This document shows, one piece after another, positions 49,875-58,662 of a DNA stretch of 64,000 nucleotides. The stretch's first letter is position 1; each line of letters begins with the position of its first letter. This DNA comes from Burkholderiales bacterium. Lineage in GTDB: Bacteria > Pseudomonadota > Gammaproteobacteria > Burkholderiales > SG8-39. The notes below the pieces were generated by a model. It was not told the origin of the DNA, made no database searches, and saw only the letters and a program-made list of their open reading frames with translations. The stretch lies in assembly GCA_036274735.1 (NCBI GenBank), contig DASUFD010000027.1, positions 1,710 to 65,709 of the forward strand, in the 5' to 3' direction. Made by a program: the position numbers and the translations under genes.

Positions 49875-51316
49875 TCAAGAACGTTCGCGTTGCGCGCCCC
49901 GGTGACTCCGTGGTGCGCGAGGCGGACATCGGCATTACCGGCGGAACGTTCGCCGGCATCGGCCCGAACCTCGGCACGGCGGCCAAGACGGTCTACGACG
50001 GCAAGGGCCGCCTCGCCTTCCCCGGGGTAGTCGACGCGCACATGCACTGCGGCATCTACTCGCCGCTCGCCGAGGACGCGGTGAGCGAGAGCCGCGCCGC
50101 CGCGCAGGGCGGCGTCACCTCGAGCCTGAACTACTTCCGCACCGGCCAGTACTACCTGAACAAGGGCGGGCCCTATCTCGATTTCTTCCCCGAAGTGCTG
50201 CGGATCTCGGAAGGACGTTTCCACGTCGACTACGGCTACCACCTCGCGCCGATGGATCGAGCGCATATCGCCGAGATCCCGGCGTTGATCGAGAAGCACG
50301 GCGTCGCATCCTTCAAGATCTTCATGTTCTACGGCTCCCACGGCCTGCACGGGCGCTCGGACAGCCAGCGCGACTTCCTCATGATCGCGCCGGAAGAGCG
50401 TTACGACCTCGCGCACTTCGAGTTCATCATGCGCGGCCTGCAGGCGGCGCGCGAGCGCTTCCCCGGCAAGGCCTCGCAGCTCAGCCTTTCGCTGCACTGC
50501 GAGACGGCGGAGATCATGACGGCCTATACGCGCATCGTGGAAACCGAGCGCAAGCTCGACGGGCTCGCCGCCTATCATGCCGCTCGCCCGCCGCACTCCG
50601 AGGGCCTTGCCGTGTTCATCGCCGCTTACCTCGCCAACGAGGCGGCGCTGCCGACGATCAACCTGCTGCACCTCTCCTCGCGCAAGGCGCTGCACGCGGC
50701 GCTGCAGATGGCCGAGGTCTTACCGCACATCGACTTCCGTCGCGAGGTCACCATCGGCCATCTCGTTCTCGATGTGAATTCCCCTTCGGGCGTGCTGGCC
50801 AAAGTAAACCCGCCGATCCGGCCGCGCGAGGACGTCGAGTACCTTTGGGAACAACTGCTCGCCGGCAAGGTCGACTGGGTGGTGAGCGACCATGCGTGCT
50901 GCCGGCACGAGACCAAGGCGGCGAAGAATGCCCTGGGCAACATCTGGCTGGCGAAGTCGGGCTTCGGCGGCACGGAATACCTGCTGCCCGCGCTGGTCTC
51001 CGAAGGGGCGAAGCGCGGCCTCTCGTACAACCGCATCGCCGAGCTCACCAGCCGCAACCCGGCGCGCCGCTTCGGGCTCAACTCGAAGGGCGACATTGCC
51101 GACGGGCTGGACGCCGACCTCGCGCTCGTCGACCCGCGCGAGTCCTGGACCGTGCGCGCCGCCGATTCCCAGTCCACCCAGGGCTATACGCCGTTCGAAG
51201 GAGTCGAGCTGGGCGCTAGGGTGAAGGCGACGTTCCTGCGCGGCGAGCTGATCTGCGAGAACGGGAACGTTCTCGGCAAGCCGCGCGGCCGCTATCTGCA
51301 CCGGCCGACCCGCTGA
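49856..51316 (+). CDS. cyclic amidohydrolase (dihydropyrimidinase/hydantoinase family)
   Basis: 486 aa. Motifs GVVDAHMH, SFKIFM (carbamylated-Lys context), LHCE and VVSDHACC. The 5' end overlaps the LeuD-like gene by 19 nt. Confidence 0.88.
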   Translation: MQYDLLIKNVRVARPGDSVVREADIGITGGTFAGIGPNLGTAAKTVYDGKGRLAFPGVVDAHMHCGIYSPLAEDAVSESRAAAQGGVTSSLNYFRTGQYYLNKGGPYLDFFPEVLRISEGRFHVDYGYHLAPMDRAHIAEIPALIEKHGVASFKIFMFYGSHGLHGRSDSQRDFLMIAPEERYDLAHFEFIMRGLQAARERFPGKASQLSLSLHCETAEIMTAYTRIVETERKLDGLAAYHAARPPHSEGLAVFIAAYLANEAALPTINLLHLSSRKALHAALQMAEVLPHIDFRREVTIGHLVLDVNSPSGVLAKVNPPIRPREDVEYLWEQLLAGKVDWVVSDHACCRHETKAAKNALGNIWLAKSGFGGTEYLLPALVSEGAKRGLSYNRIAELTSRNPARRFGLNSKGDIADGLDADLALVDPRESWTVRAADSQSTQGYTPFEGVELGARVKATFLRGELICENGNVLGKPRGRYLHRPTR

Positions 51317-52185
51317 TGGAAGGCAAGCGCAAAGCGCTGGCGGAGCGGCTGCGCAAGCCCGGGCTGGTCGTGGCGCCGGGCGTCTTCGACCTCATCTCGG
51401 CGAAGATCGCCGACCGCATGGGATTCGACTGCCTGTATGCGACGGGGTATGGCATCGTCGCTTCCTATCTCGGCCTGCCCGACGCCGGGCTCGCCACGTA
51501 CACCGACATGGTGGCAAGGGTCGCGCAAATCGCCGCCAGGACGAGCACCCCGCTCGTCGCCGACGCCGACACCGGCTACGGCGGCCTGCTCAACGTCCAG
51601 CACACGGTGCGCGGCTACGAAGACGCGGGCGCCTGTGCGATCCAGCTCGAGGACCAGGAATTCCCGAAGAAGTGCGGGCACATGCTCGGACGGCGAGTGC
51701 TCGCCACCGAAGAGATGGCCGCCAAGGTGCGCGTGGCCGTGGAGAGCCGCCGGGATCGGGATTTCCTCGTCGTGGCGCGCACCGATGCGCGCACCTCGCT
51801 CGGGCTGGACGAGGCGCTGCGCCGCGGCGAGCGCTACCTGCGCGCGGGCGCCGACGTGCTTTTCATCGAGTCGCCGGAATCGCTCGAGGAGATGCGCCGC
51901 ATCGGCCGGGCGTTCGAAGGGGTGCCGCTCCTCGCCAACATGGTGCACGGCGGCGGCCGCACTCCGCTCGTAGACCGGGCGACGCTGCGCGAGCTCGGCT
52001 ATCGCATCGCCATCTACCCGGCGCTCGGCTTCCTCGCCGTGGCCGCTGCCTTCGAAACGGCATTGCAGGAGCTGAAGGCGGACAAGGCGGTGTCGCTGCA
52101 GTTGTACGACTTCAAGGCCTTCAGCGCGCTCATGGGCTTCGATTGGGTGAGCGAGTTCGACCGACGCTACCGGGACGCGGACTGA
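51316..52185 (+). CDS. isocitrate lyase/PEP mutase-family enzyme (methylisocitrate / dimethylmalate lyase-like)
   Basis: 289 aa. TGATG junction. Motifs DADTGYG and EDQEFPKKCGHM. Confidence 0.88.
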   Translation: MEGKRKALAERLRKPGLVVAPGVFDLISAKIADRMGFDCLYATGYGIVASYLGLPDAGLATYTDMVARVAQIAARTSTPLVADADTGYGGLLNVQHTVRGYEDAGACAIQLEDQEFPKKCGHMLGRRVLATEEMAAKVRVAVESRRDRDFLVVARTDARTSLGLDEALRRGERYLRAGADVLFIESPESLEEMRRIGRAFEGVPLLANMVHGGGRTPLVDRATLRELGYRIAIYPALGFLAVAAAFETALQELKADKAVSLQLYDFKAFSALMGFDWVSEFDRRYRDAD

Positions 52186-53165
52186 TGCAGATCCGTGACG
52201 GCCTGGTAGAGGCGATCGGCCACACGCCGCTCATCCGGCTGCGAGGAGCTTCCCAGCAGACCGGGTGCGAGATCCTGGGCAAAGCCGAGTTCCTCAATCC
52301 GGGCGGCTCGGTGAAGGACCGCGCGGGGCTGTACCTGATTCTCGACGCCGAGGAGCGTGGCCTTCTCGAGCCGGGGGGTCTGATCGTCGAGGGCACTGCG
52401 GGGAATACCGGCATCGGGCTCACGCTGGTCGGCAACGCGCGCGGCTATCGCACGCTGATCGTCATTCCCCAAACGCAGAGCCAGGAAAAGAAAGACATGC
52501 TGCGCCTCTGCGGCGCGGTGCTGCGCGAGGTCCCGGCGGTGCCCTACAAGGACCCGAGCAACTATGTGCACGTGTCGGAACGGCTTGCGAAAGAGATGGG
52601 CGCGTTCTGGGCGAACCAGTGGGACAACACCGCGAATGCCGACGGTCACTACCGCAGCACCGGCCCCGAGATCTGGGAGCAGACGGGCGGCAAGGTCGAC
52701 GGCTTCACCTGCGCGATCGGCACCGGGGGAACGCTGGCCGGCGTGAGCTGCTTCCTCAAAGAAAAGAATCCCCAGGTGAAAATCGCGGCCGCGGACCCGA
52801 TGGGCGCGGCGATGTACGGCTGGTTCAAGCACGGCGAGCTGAAATCCGAAGGCTCCTCGATCACCGAAGGCATCGGCCAGGGACGCGTGACGAAGAACGT
52901 GGCGATGGCGAAGGTCGACGACGCCTACCGCATTGCGGACAGCGAAGCGCTGCCGGTCATCTTCGACCTGGTGCGCGAAGAAGGGCTGGTGCTCGGCGGC
53001 TCGAGCGGCATCAACGTCGCCGCCGCGATCCGCCTCGCGCGCGACCTCGGTCCCGGGCACACCGTCGTGACGATCCTCGCCGACTCCGGCACGCGCTACC
53101 AGTCGAAGCTCTTCAACCGCGCCTTCCTCGAGAGCAAGGGGCTGCCTGCCCCCGCCTGGCTCTAG
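52185..53165 (+). CDS. PLP-dependent cysteine synthase/cystathionine beta-synthase-family enzyme
   Basis: Trimmed to the ATG at 52185 (TGATG junction), giving 326 aa. Motifs NPGGSVKDRAG, TAGNTGIGL and GTGGTLAG. Confidence 0.88.
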   Translation: MQIRDGLVEAIGHTPLIRLRGASQQTGCEILGKAEFLNPGGSVKDRAGLYLILDAEERGLLEPGGLIVEGTAGNTGIGLTLVGNARGYRTLIVIPQTQSQEKKDMLRLCGAVLREVPAVPYKDPSNYVHVSERLAKEMGAFWANQWDNTANADGHYRSTGPEIWEQTGGKVDGFTCAIGTGGTLAGVSCFLKEKNPQVKIAAADPMGAAMYGWFKHGELKSEGSSITEGIGQGRVTKNVAMAKVDDAYRIADSEALPVIFDLVREEGLVLGGSSGINVAAAIRLARDLGPGHTVVTILADSGTRYQSKLFNRAFLESKGLPAPAWL

Positions 53166-53452
53166 GCGGCGCCCTCGACGATCACCATGTTGAAGTCGGC
53201 GGCGCCGACCCGGTGGCTGCGCGCTTCCTGGTATTCGGGCGAGTGGTAGTAGCGCTTCGCGCTCTCCACGTCCTTGAATTCCGCGACCACGATCCTCGAG
53301 AACGGGATCTCGCCCTCGAGCGGGTGCTTCGCGCCGCCGCGCACGAGGTAGCGCCCGCCGTACTTCGCCGCGGCCGGGCCGGCGCGTTTCGCGTATTCCT
53401 GGTACTTCTCGGCGTCGCGGACGTTGATCTGGGCGATGATATAGGCGGGCAT
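53162..53452 (-). CDS. DUF1330 domain protein
   Basis: 96 aa. MPAYIIAQINVRDAEKYQEYA...FKDVESAKRYYHSPEYQ is typical of DUF1330. Confidence 0.8.
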   Translation of the reverse strand: MPAYIIAQINVRDAEKYQEYAKRAGPAAAKYGGRYLVRGGAKHPLEGEIPFSRIVVAEFKDVESAKRYYHSPEYQEARSHRVGAADFNMVIVEGAA

Positions 53453-53488
53453 TGCGCTTTCCTTTTTTCAGAGGGACGGGAAATCTAG

Positions 53489-54217
53489 ATGGATCTCGGC
53501 TTGAAGGGCAAATCGGTCCTCGTCACCGGCGGCTCGAAAGGCATCGGCCTCGCGTGCGCCAAGGCATTCGCCGGCGAGGGATGCCGCGTGCACATCGCTG
53601 CTCGCGACCCGCAGCGATTGAAGAGCGCCCGCGAAGAGATCCTGGGCGAGGCGACCGCGCATTCGGTGGACCTGCGGGACGGCGCGGCGCTGCGCCGGCT
53701 CGCCGCGGATTGCGCGGAGGTCGACATCCTCGTGAACAACGCCGGCGACATCCCGGGCGGCACGCTCGAGACGGTCGACGAGGCGAAGTGGCGCCATGCC
53801 TGGGAGCTCAAGGTGTTCGGCTTCATCAACCTCTCGCGCGAGCTCTACTCGCGGATGAAGGCGCGCAAGAGCGGCGTCATCGTCAACGTGATCGGCATGG
53901 CCGGGGAAACACATCCGTTCGAGTACATCTGCGGCGCGGTCGGCAACGCCGGGCTCGCCGCATTCACCAAGGCGCTCGGCAAGGGCGCAAAAGAGAGCGG
54001 CGTGCGCGTGGTCGGCGTGCATCCGCCCTCGACGCGCACCGACCGCATCGTCACGCTGATGAAGGCTTCGGCCAGGGCAAGGTTCGGCGACGAGAGCCGC
54101 TATGCGGAGCTGATGGGCAATGTGATCGAGCCCGAGCAGGTCGGCGACATGGTGGCCTTCCTTGCCTCGCCGAGGGCCGGGCAGCTTTCCGGCGTCGTCG
54201 TCAACCTCGGCGCCTAG
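53489..54217 (+). CDS. SDR-family oxidoreductase
   Basis: 242 aa. Motifs KSVLVTGGSKGIG and NNAGD. Confidence 0.85.
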   Translation: MDLGLKGKSVLVTGGSKGIGLACAKAFAGEGCRVHIAARDPQRLKSAREEILGEATAHSVDLRDGAALRRLAADCAEVDILVNNAGDIPGGTLETVDEAKWRHAWELKVFGFINLSRELYSRMKARKSGVIVNVIGMAGETHPFEYICGAVGNAGLAAFTKALGKGAKESGVRVVGVHPPSTRTDRIVTLMKASARARFGDESRYAELMGNVIEPEQVGDMVAFLASPRAGQLSGVVVNLGA

Positions 54218-55005
54218 TGCTTGGGCGGCGGGCGCTTCTCGAGGAAAGCGTCCATGCCCTGCCGGCCCTCGTCGTGCGCGAAGCTCGCGGAGATGGCGCA
54301 CGAGGCGAGCTCGTAGGCCTTCGCCGCGCCGAGCTCGAGCTGCTCGTAGAAGGCGCGCTTGCCGGTCGCCACGGTCACCGGCGGCTTCTCGGCGATCTTG
54401 CGCGCCAGCGCCTCGGTCTCGCGCACGAGGTCTTCCGCAGGCACGACGCGGTTCACCAGGCCCCATTCCAGCGCCTGGCGCGCGTCGACGAGCTCGCCGG
54501 TGAGCAGCATCTCCATCGCGCGCTTGCGCGAGACGTTGCGCGCTACGGCGACGCCCGGCGTCGAGCAGAAGAAGCCCCAGGTCACGCCCGGCGTGGTGAA
54601 CTTCGCGGCCTCCGAGGCGACGGCGAGATCGCACTGCGCGACGAGCTGGCAGCCGGCGGCGGCGGCCGCGCCCTGGACGCGGGCGATGACGGGCTGCGGC
54701 AGCGACGTGAGGGTCTGCATCATCCGGCTGCACTTCGCGAACAGCGCCTCGATCTTCGGCAGCTCCTCGAGCGCGCGGATCTCCTTGATGTCGTGACCGG
54801 CGCAGAAGCCTTTGCCCGCCGCGGCGAGGATGACGACGCGGATGCTCGTGTCTTTCTCGATGCTTTCGAGGGCCTGCTGGAGCGAGGAAAGCATCTCGCT
54901 CGTGAGCAGGTTCATCTGCGCCGGACGGTTCATCGTCAGCGTGCAGATGCTGTCGCGATCCTCGCGGAGCAGGATCGCCTCTTCCGTCTTTGGTATTGCG
55001 CTCAT
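54214..55005 (-). CDS. enoyl-CoA hydratase/isomerase (crotonase) family protein
   Basis: Trimmed to the ATG at 55003-55005, giving 263 aa. Motif AAAGKGFCAGHDIKE. ATGA overlap with the upstream ligase. Confidence 0.9.
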   Translation of the reverse strand: MSAIPKTEEAILLREDRDSICTLTMNRPAQMNLLTSEMLSSLQQALESIEKDTSIRVVILAAAGKGFCAGHDIKEIRALEELPKIEALFAKCSRMMQTLTSLPQPVIARVQGAAAAAGCQLVAQCDLAVASEAAKFTTPGVTWGFFCSTPGVAVARNVSRKRAMEMLLTGELVDARQALEWGLVNRVVPAEDLVRETEALARKIAEKPPVTVATGKRAFYEQLELGAAKAYELASCAISASFAHDEGRQGMDAFLEKRPPPKH

Positions 55006-56654
55006 GTATCGATCGCCGTGGCGGACTTCGCCTTCTCGCGCAGCAAGAACTTCTGGATCTTGCCCGTGGAGGTCTTCGGCAGCTCGCCGAACACCACCGC
55101 GCGCGGCGCCTTGAACCTCGCGAGCTGCGCGCGGCAGAACTCGATGATCTCCTGCTCCGACACCGCTGCGCCGGCCTTCAGCTCGACGAAAGCGCAGGGC
55201 GTCTCGCCCCACTTCGCATCGGGCTTCGCCACCACGGCCGCGCCGAGCACGGCGGGATGGCGGTACAGCACGTCCTCGACCTCGAGCGACGAGATGTTCT
55301 CGCCGCCGGAGATGATGATGTCCTTGGAACGGTCGCGGATCTTCACGTAGCCGTCGGGCTGCATGACCGCGAGGTCGCCGGAATGGAACCACCCGGCGCG
55401 GAAGGCCTCTTCGGTGGCCTTGCGGTTCTTCAGGTAGCCCTTCATCGTGATGTTGCCGCGGAACATGATCTCGCCCATCGTCTCGCCGTCCGCCGGCACC
55501 GGCCGCATGCTCTGCGGGTCCATCACCGCGAGGCCTTCCTCGACGTGGTAGCGCACGCCCTGCCGCCCGTTGAGGCGAACCTGGTCGGCGAGCGGCAGCG
55601 CCTGCCATTCCGGGTGCTTCGCGCACACGGTGGCCGGGCCGTAGACCTCGGTGAGGCCGTAGACGTGCGTCAGGTTGAATCCCATCTTCTGCATGCCTTC
55701 GATCATCGCGGCGGGCGGCGCGGCCGCGGCGACCAGCGCGCTCACCTGGTGGTCGATGCCGCGCTTCATCTCCTCGGGCGCATTGATCAGCGTCTGGTGG
55801 ACGATCGGCGCGCCGCAGTAATGCGTGACGCGATGCTGGCGGATCAGGTCGAAGATCGCTTTCGCCTCGACCTTCCTCAGGCAGACGTTGGTCCCGGCGT
55901 TCGCCGCCATGGTCCAGGGGAAGCACCAGCCGTTGCAGTGGAACATCGGCAGCGTCCACAGGTACACCGAGTGGTGCGGCATGCCCCAGACGAGGATGTT
56001 GCCGACGCCGTTGAGGTAGGCGCCGCGATGGTGATAGACCACGCCCTTCGGGTTACCGGTCGTGCCGGAGGTGTAGTTGAGCGAGATCGCCTCCCATTCG
56101 TCGAGCGGCCAGCGCCAGGCGAATTGCGGATCGCCCTCCTCGAGCAGCGCTTCGTAGGTCGTCTCGCCCAGCCGCTTGCCGCCGCGGAACTGCGGGTCTT
56201 CCGCGTCGATCACCGGGATCTTCCTTTCCAGCAGGCCGAGCGCCGCTTCGACGATCGGCGAAAACTCGCGGTCGGTGATCAGCAGGCGCGCCTCGCCGTG
56301 CTCCAGCATGAAGGCGATCGCCTCGGGGTCGAGGCGCGTGTTGAGGGTGTTCAGCACGGCGCCCGCCATCGCCACGCCGAAGTGCGCCTCGTACATCGCC
56401 GGCGTGTTGGGCAGCATGGCCGCCACGGTATGGCCGACGCCGACGCCGCGACGCGCGAGCGCCGAGGCGAGGCGTCGCGACCGCGCGTAGGTCTCGCGCC
56501 AGGTGTAGCGCTGCTCGCCGTGGATCACCGAGACGCGGTCGGGATAGACGTAGGCGGCGCGCTCGAGGAAGGAAAGCGGCGTGAGCGGCGCATAGTTCGC
56601 CGGGGTCTTGGGCAGATCCTGCTCGAAAATGTTACGCGCAGCGTCGGCGGGCAT
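55002..56654 (-). CDS. AMP-dependent acyl-CoA synthetase
   Basis: 550 aa. Motifs NYTSGTTGNPKGV, YGLTE and GWFHSGD. Confidence 0.9.
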   Translation of the reverse strand: MPADAARNIFEQDLPKTPANYAPLTPLSFLERAAYVYPDRVSVIHGEQRYTWRETYARSRRLASALARRGVGVGHTVAAMLPNTPAMYEAHFGVAMAGAVLNTLNTRLDPEAIAFMLEHGEARLLITDREFSPIVEAALGLLERKIPVIDAEDPQFRGGKRLGETTYEALLEEGDPQFAWRWPLDEWEAISLNYTSGTTGNPKGVVYHHRGAYLNGVGNILVWGMPHHSVYLWTLPMFHCNGWCFPWTMAANAGTNVCLRKVEAKAIFDLIRQHRVTHYCGAPIVHQTLINAPEEMKRGIDHQVSALVAAAAPPAAMIEGMQKMGFNLTHVYGLTEVYGPATVCAKHPEWQALPLADQVRLNGRQGVRYHVEEGLAVMDPQSMRPVPADGETMGEIMFRGNITMKGYLKNRKATEEAFRAGWFHSGDLAVMQPDGYVKIRDRSKDIIISGGENISSLEVEDVLYRHPAVLGAAVVAKPDAKWGETPCAFVELKAGAAVSEQEIIEFCRAQLARFKAPRAVVFGELPKTSTGKIQKFLLREKAKSATAIDT

Positions 56655-56714
56655 GGTCCAAGTATAGCGGCCCGGCGCATTGACGCTTCACATGGCCGGC
56701 GCTCAAATCGGCGC

Positions 56715-57452
56715 ATGCGAAAAGGCGTCTACGTCCTGCTGCTCGCCATAGGCCTCGCGGCATTCGCGCTCGCCGCGCTCGCCGCACAGCTTTTCTCCGC
56801 GCCCGCGTGGCTGCCGCTCGGCCTGTCGCTCGCCGCGCTCGGCGTCGCCATCGCGGCGCTCGCCAAGATCCGGCTCTTCGAGTTCGCGCCCGAGGTGCTG
56901 GCCGGCGACGTGATCCTGCCGCGCTCGAGCCGCACCGCGGGCGACGCGCGCTTCCTGCTGCCGCTGCAGTTCACCAACGCCGGCGCCGCGGACGGCATCG
57001 TGGAATGGGTCGCGGTGCGCCTGACGATCGACGGCGACACGCAGCATTCGGTGCTCCTCTCGCCGATCGCCGAGATCGACATGCAGCGCTTCCTGCAGGC
57101 GAAGCGCCGCCTCGACCCGGACAACGTGCTCGAGCCCTTCACCGCCTTCGCGCTCGAGGGCCGGCGCTCGGCCGCCAAGTTCGTGCTCTTCGACCTCGCG
57201 GAGAAGGGCCGCACCCCGCCGCTGCATCTCGCCCCCGGGCGCTACGGCTTCGAGCTCTTCGTCAAGTCCACGGCGCACCGCGCGCCCAAGCTCGAGCGGA
57301 CCTTCGAGCACGTGCTCGATGCGAAGCAGATCGAGGAGTACCGCAACGACGCGAGCGTCTACCTGATCAACTACCAGATCAGCCTGCCGAGCGCGCGCCG
57401 CGAAATCGGCGGCGGCGAGTGGCTGCCGCGCGCCGCGCGCCTCTCTAGCTAG
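56715..57452 (+). CDS. hypothetical membrane protein (two N-terminal TM helices plus a soluble domain)
   Basis: Trimmed from an 820-aa shadow-containing ORF to the ATG at 56715, giving 245 aa. Normal amino-acid composition and G/C3 bias. No motif recognised. Confidence 0.55.
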   Translation: MRKGVYVLLLAIGLAAFALAALAAQLFSAPAWLPLGLSLAALGVAIAALAKIRLFEFAPEVLAGDVILPRSSRTAGDARFLLPLQFTNAGAADGIVEWVAVRLTIDGDTQHSVLLSPIAEIDMQRFLQAKRRLDPDNVLEPFTAFALEGRRSAAKFVLFDLAEKGRTPPLHLAPGRYGFELFVKSTAHRAPKLERTFEHVLDAKQIEEYRNDASVYLINYQISLPSARREIGGGEWLPRAARLSS

Positions 57453-58152
57453 CCGCGAGCTTTCGCCACAGCGCCGGCCCCTTCGCCTCCTTCTCCATGG
57501 CGTCGAGGTAGCGCTCGTGCAGCGCCACCTCGTCGGCTGCGGCGGGCAGGACGATCAGGTTGGCGACGTCGATCCGCAGGGCGGCGAGGGCCGCGGCCGC
57601 CGCGGCCGGGGTTTCGAGCTCCATGACCAGGCTCTCCTGGCCGCGCGTCATGGCGAGATAGCACTCGGCGAGCAGCCGCGCGTCGAGCAGCGCGCCGTGC
57701 AGCTGGCGGTGCGCGTTGCTCACGAAGTAGCGCTCGCAGAGCGCGTCGAGCGAGTTCTTGCGGCCCGGGTGCAGCTCGCGCGCGAAGGCGAGCGTGTCGG
57801 TCACCTTGAGGACGTGCTCGGCGAGGCGCCCGAGTCCGGCCCGCGCGAGCTCCGCGTCGAGGAACTCGACGTCGAAATCGGCGTTGTGGATGAGGAGCTC
57901 GGCGCCCTGCACGAAGTCCAGGAACTCGCGCGCCACCGCGGCGAATTTCGGCTTCGCCGCGAGGTCCTCGCGCGTCAGGCCGTGCACCCGCGTCGCGCCG
58001 AGATCGACCTCGCGCTCCGGATTCAGGTACACGTGAAACTGCCGCTCGCTCACCCGCCGCGAGAGGATCTCGATGCAGCCGATTTCGATGATGCGGTCGC
58101 CGAGCTTGGGGTTGAGGCCGGTGGTCTCGGTGTCGAGGACGACTTGGCGCAT
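57445..58152 (-). CDS. dnaQ: DNA polymerase III subunit epsilon
   Basis: 235 aa. Exo motifs VLDTETTGL, HNADFDVEFL and HGALLDARLLAECY. Confidence 0.93.
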   Translation of the reverse strand: MRQVVLDTETTGLNPKLGDRIIEIGCIEILSRRVSERQFHVYLNPEREVDLGATRVHGLTREDLAAKPKFAAVAREFLDFVQGAELLIHNADFDVEFLDAELARAGLGRLAEHVLKVTDTLAFARELHPGRKNSLDALCERYFVSNAHRQLHGALLDARLLAECYLAMTRGQESLVMELETPAAAAAALAALRIDVANLIVLPAAADEVALHERYLDAMEKEAKGPALWRKLAAS

Positions 58153-58187
58153 GTTCTTCTTCTCTTCCCTGTGCTGTCCACTTCGTC

Positions 58188-58207
58188 GCCCCCGCGAAAG
58201 CGGGGGC
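58188..58207. other. GC-rich hairpin with GAAA tetraloop between rnhA and dnaQ
   Basis: GCCCCCGC-GAAA-GCGGGGGC, a perfect 8-bp stem. No adjacent T/U tract on either strand. Confidence 0.35.
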
Positions 58208-58215
58208 CTGCGTCC

Positions 58216-58662
58216 CTAGCTCGGTATCCCCTTGTTCGCGAGCGCGTCCGCCCGCTCGTTCTCCGGGTGCCCGGCGTGACCGCGCACCCAGTGCCACTCT
58301 ACCTCATGTCGCGCCGCGAGCTCGTCGAGGCGCTGCCAGAGGTCGGCGTTCTTCACCGGCTTGCGCTCGGCGGTGCGCCAGCCGTTGCGCTTCCACTGGC
58401 GGATCCAGGCCGAGATGCCCTTATGCACGTACTGCGAGTCCGTATAGAGCCGCACCCGGCTCGGCCGCTTCAGCGCTTCGAGGGCGCGGATCACCGCCGT
58501 CAGCTCCATGCGGTTGTTGGTGGTCGACGCCTCCCCGCCCCAGAGCTCGCGCTCCGCGCTGCGCGTCGCGCTCTTCAGCCTGAGCAGCGCGCCCCAGCCG
58601 CCCGGACCGGGATTGCCCCGGCAGGCGCCGTCGCTGTATATCTCCACCAGCTCATCGCGCAT
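58216..58662 (-). CDS. rnhA: ribonuclease HI
   Basis: 148 aa. Motifs [23 protein letters not shown] and [15 protein letters not shown]. Confidence 0.95.
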   Translation of the reverse strand: MRDELVEIYSDGACRGNPGPGGWGALLRLKSATRSAERELWGGEASTTNNRMELTAVIRALEALKRPSRVRLYTDSQYVHKGISAWIRQWKRNGWRTAERKPVKNADLWQRLDELAARHEVEWHWVRGHAGHPENERADALANKGIPS

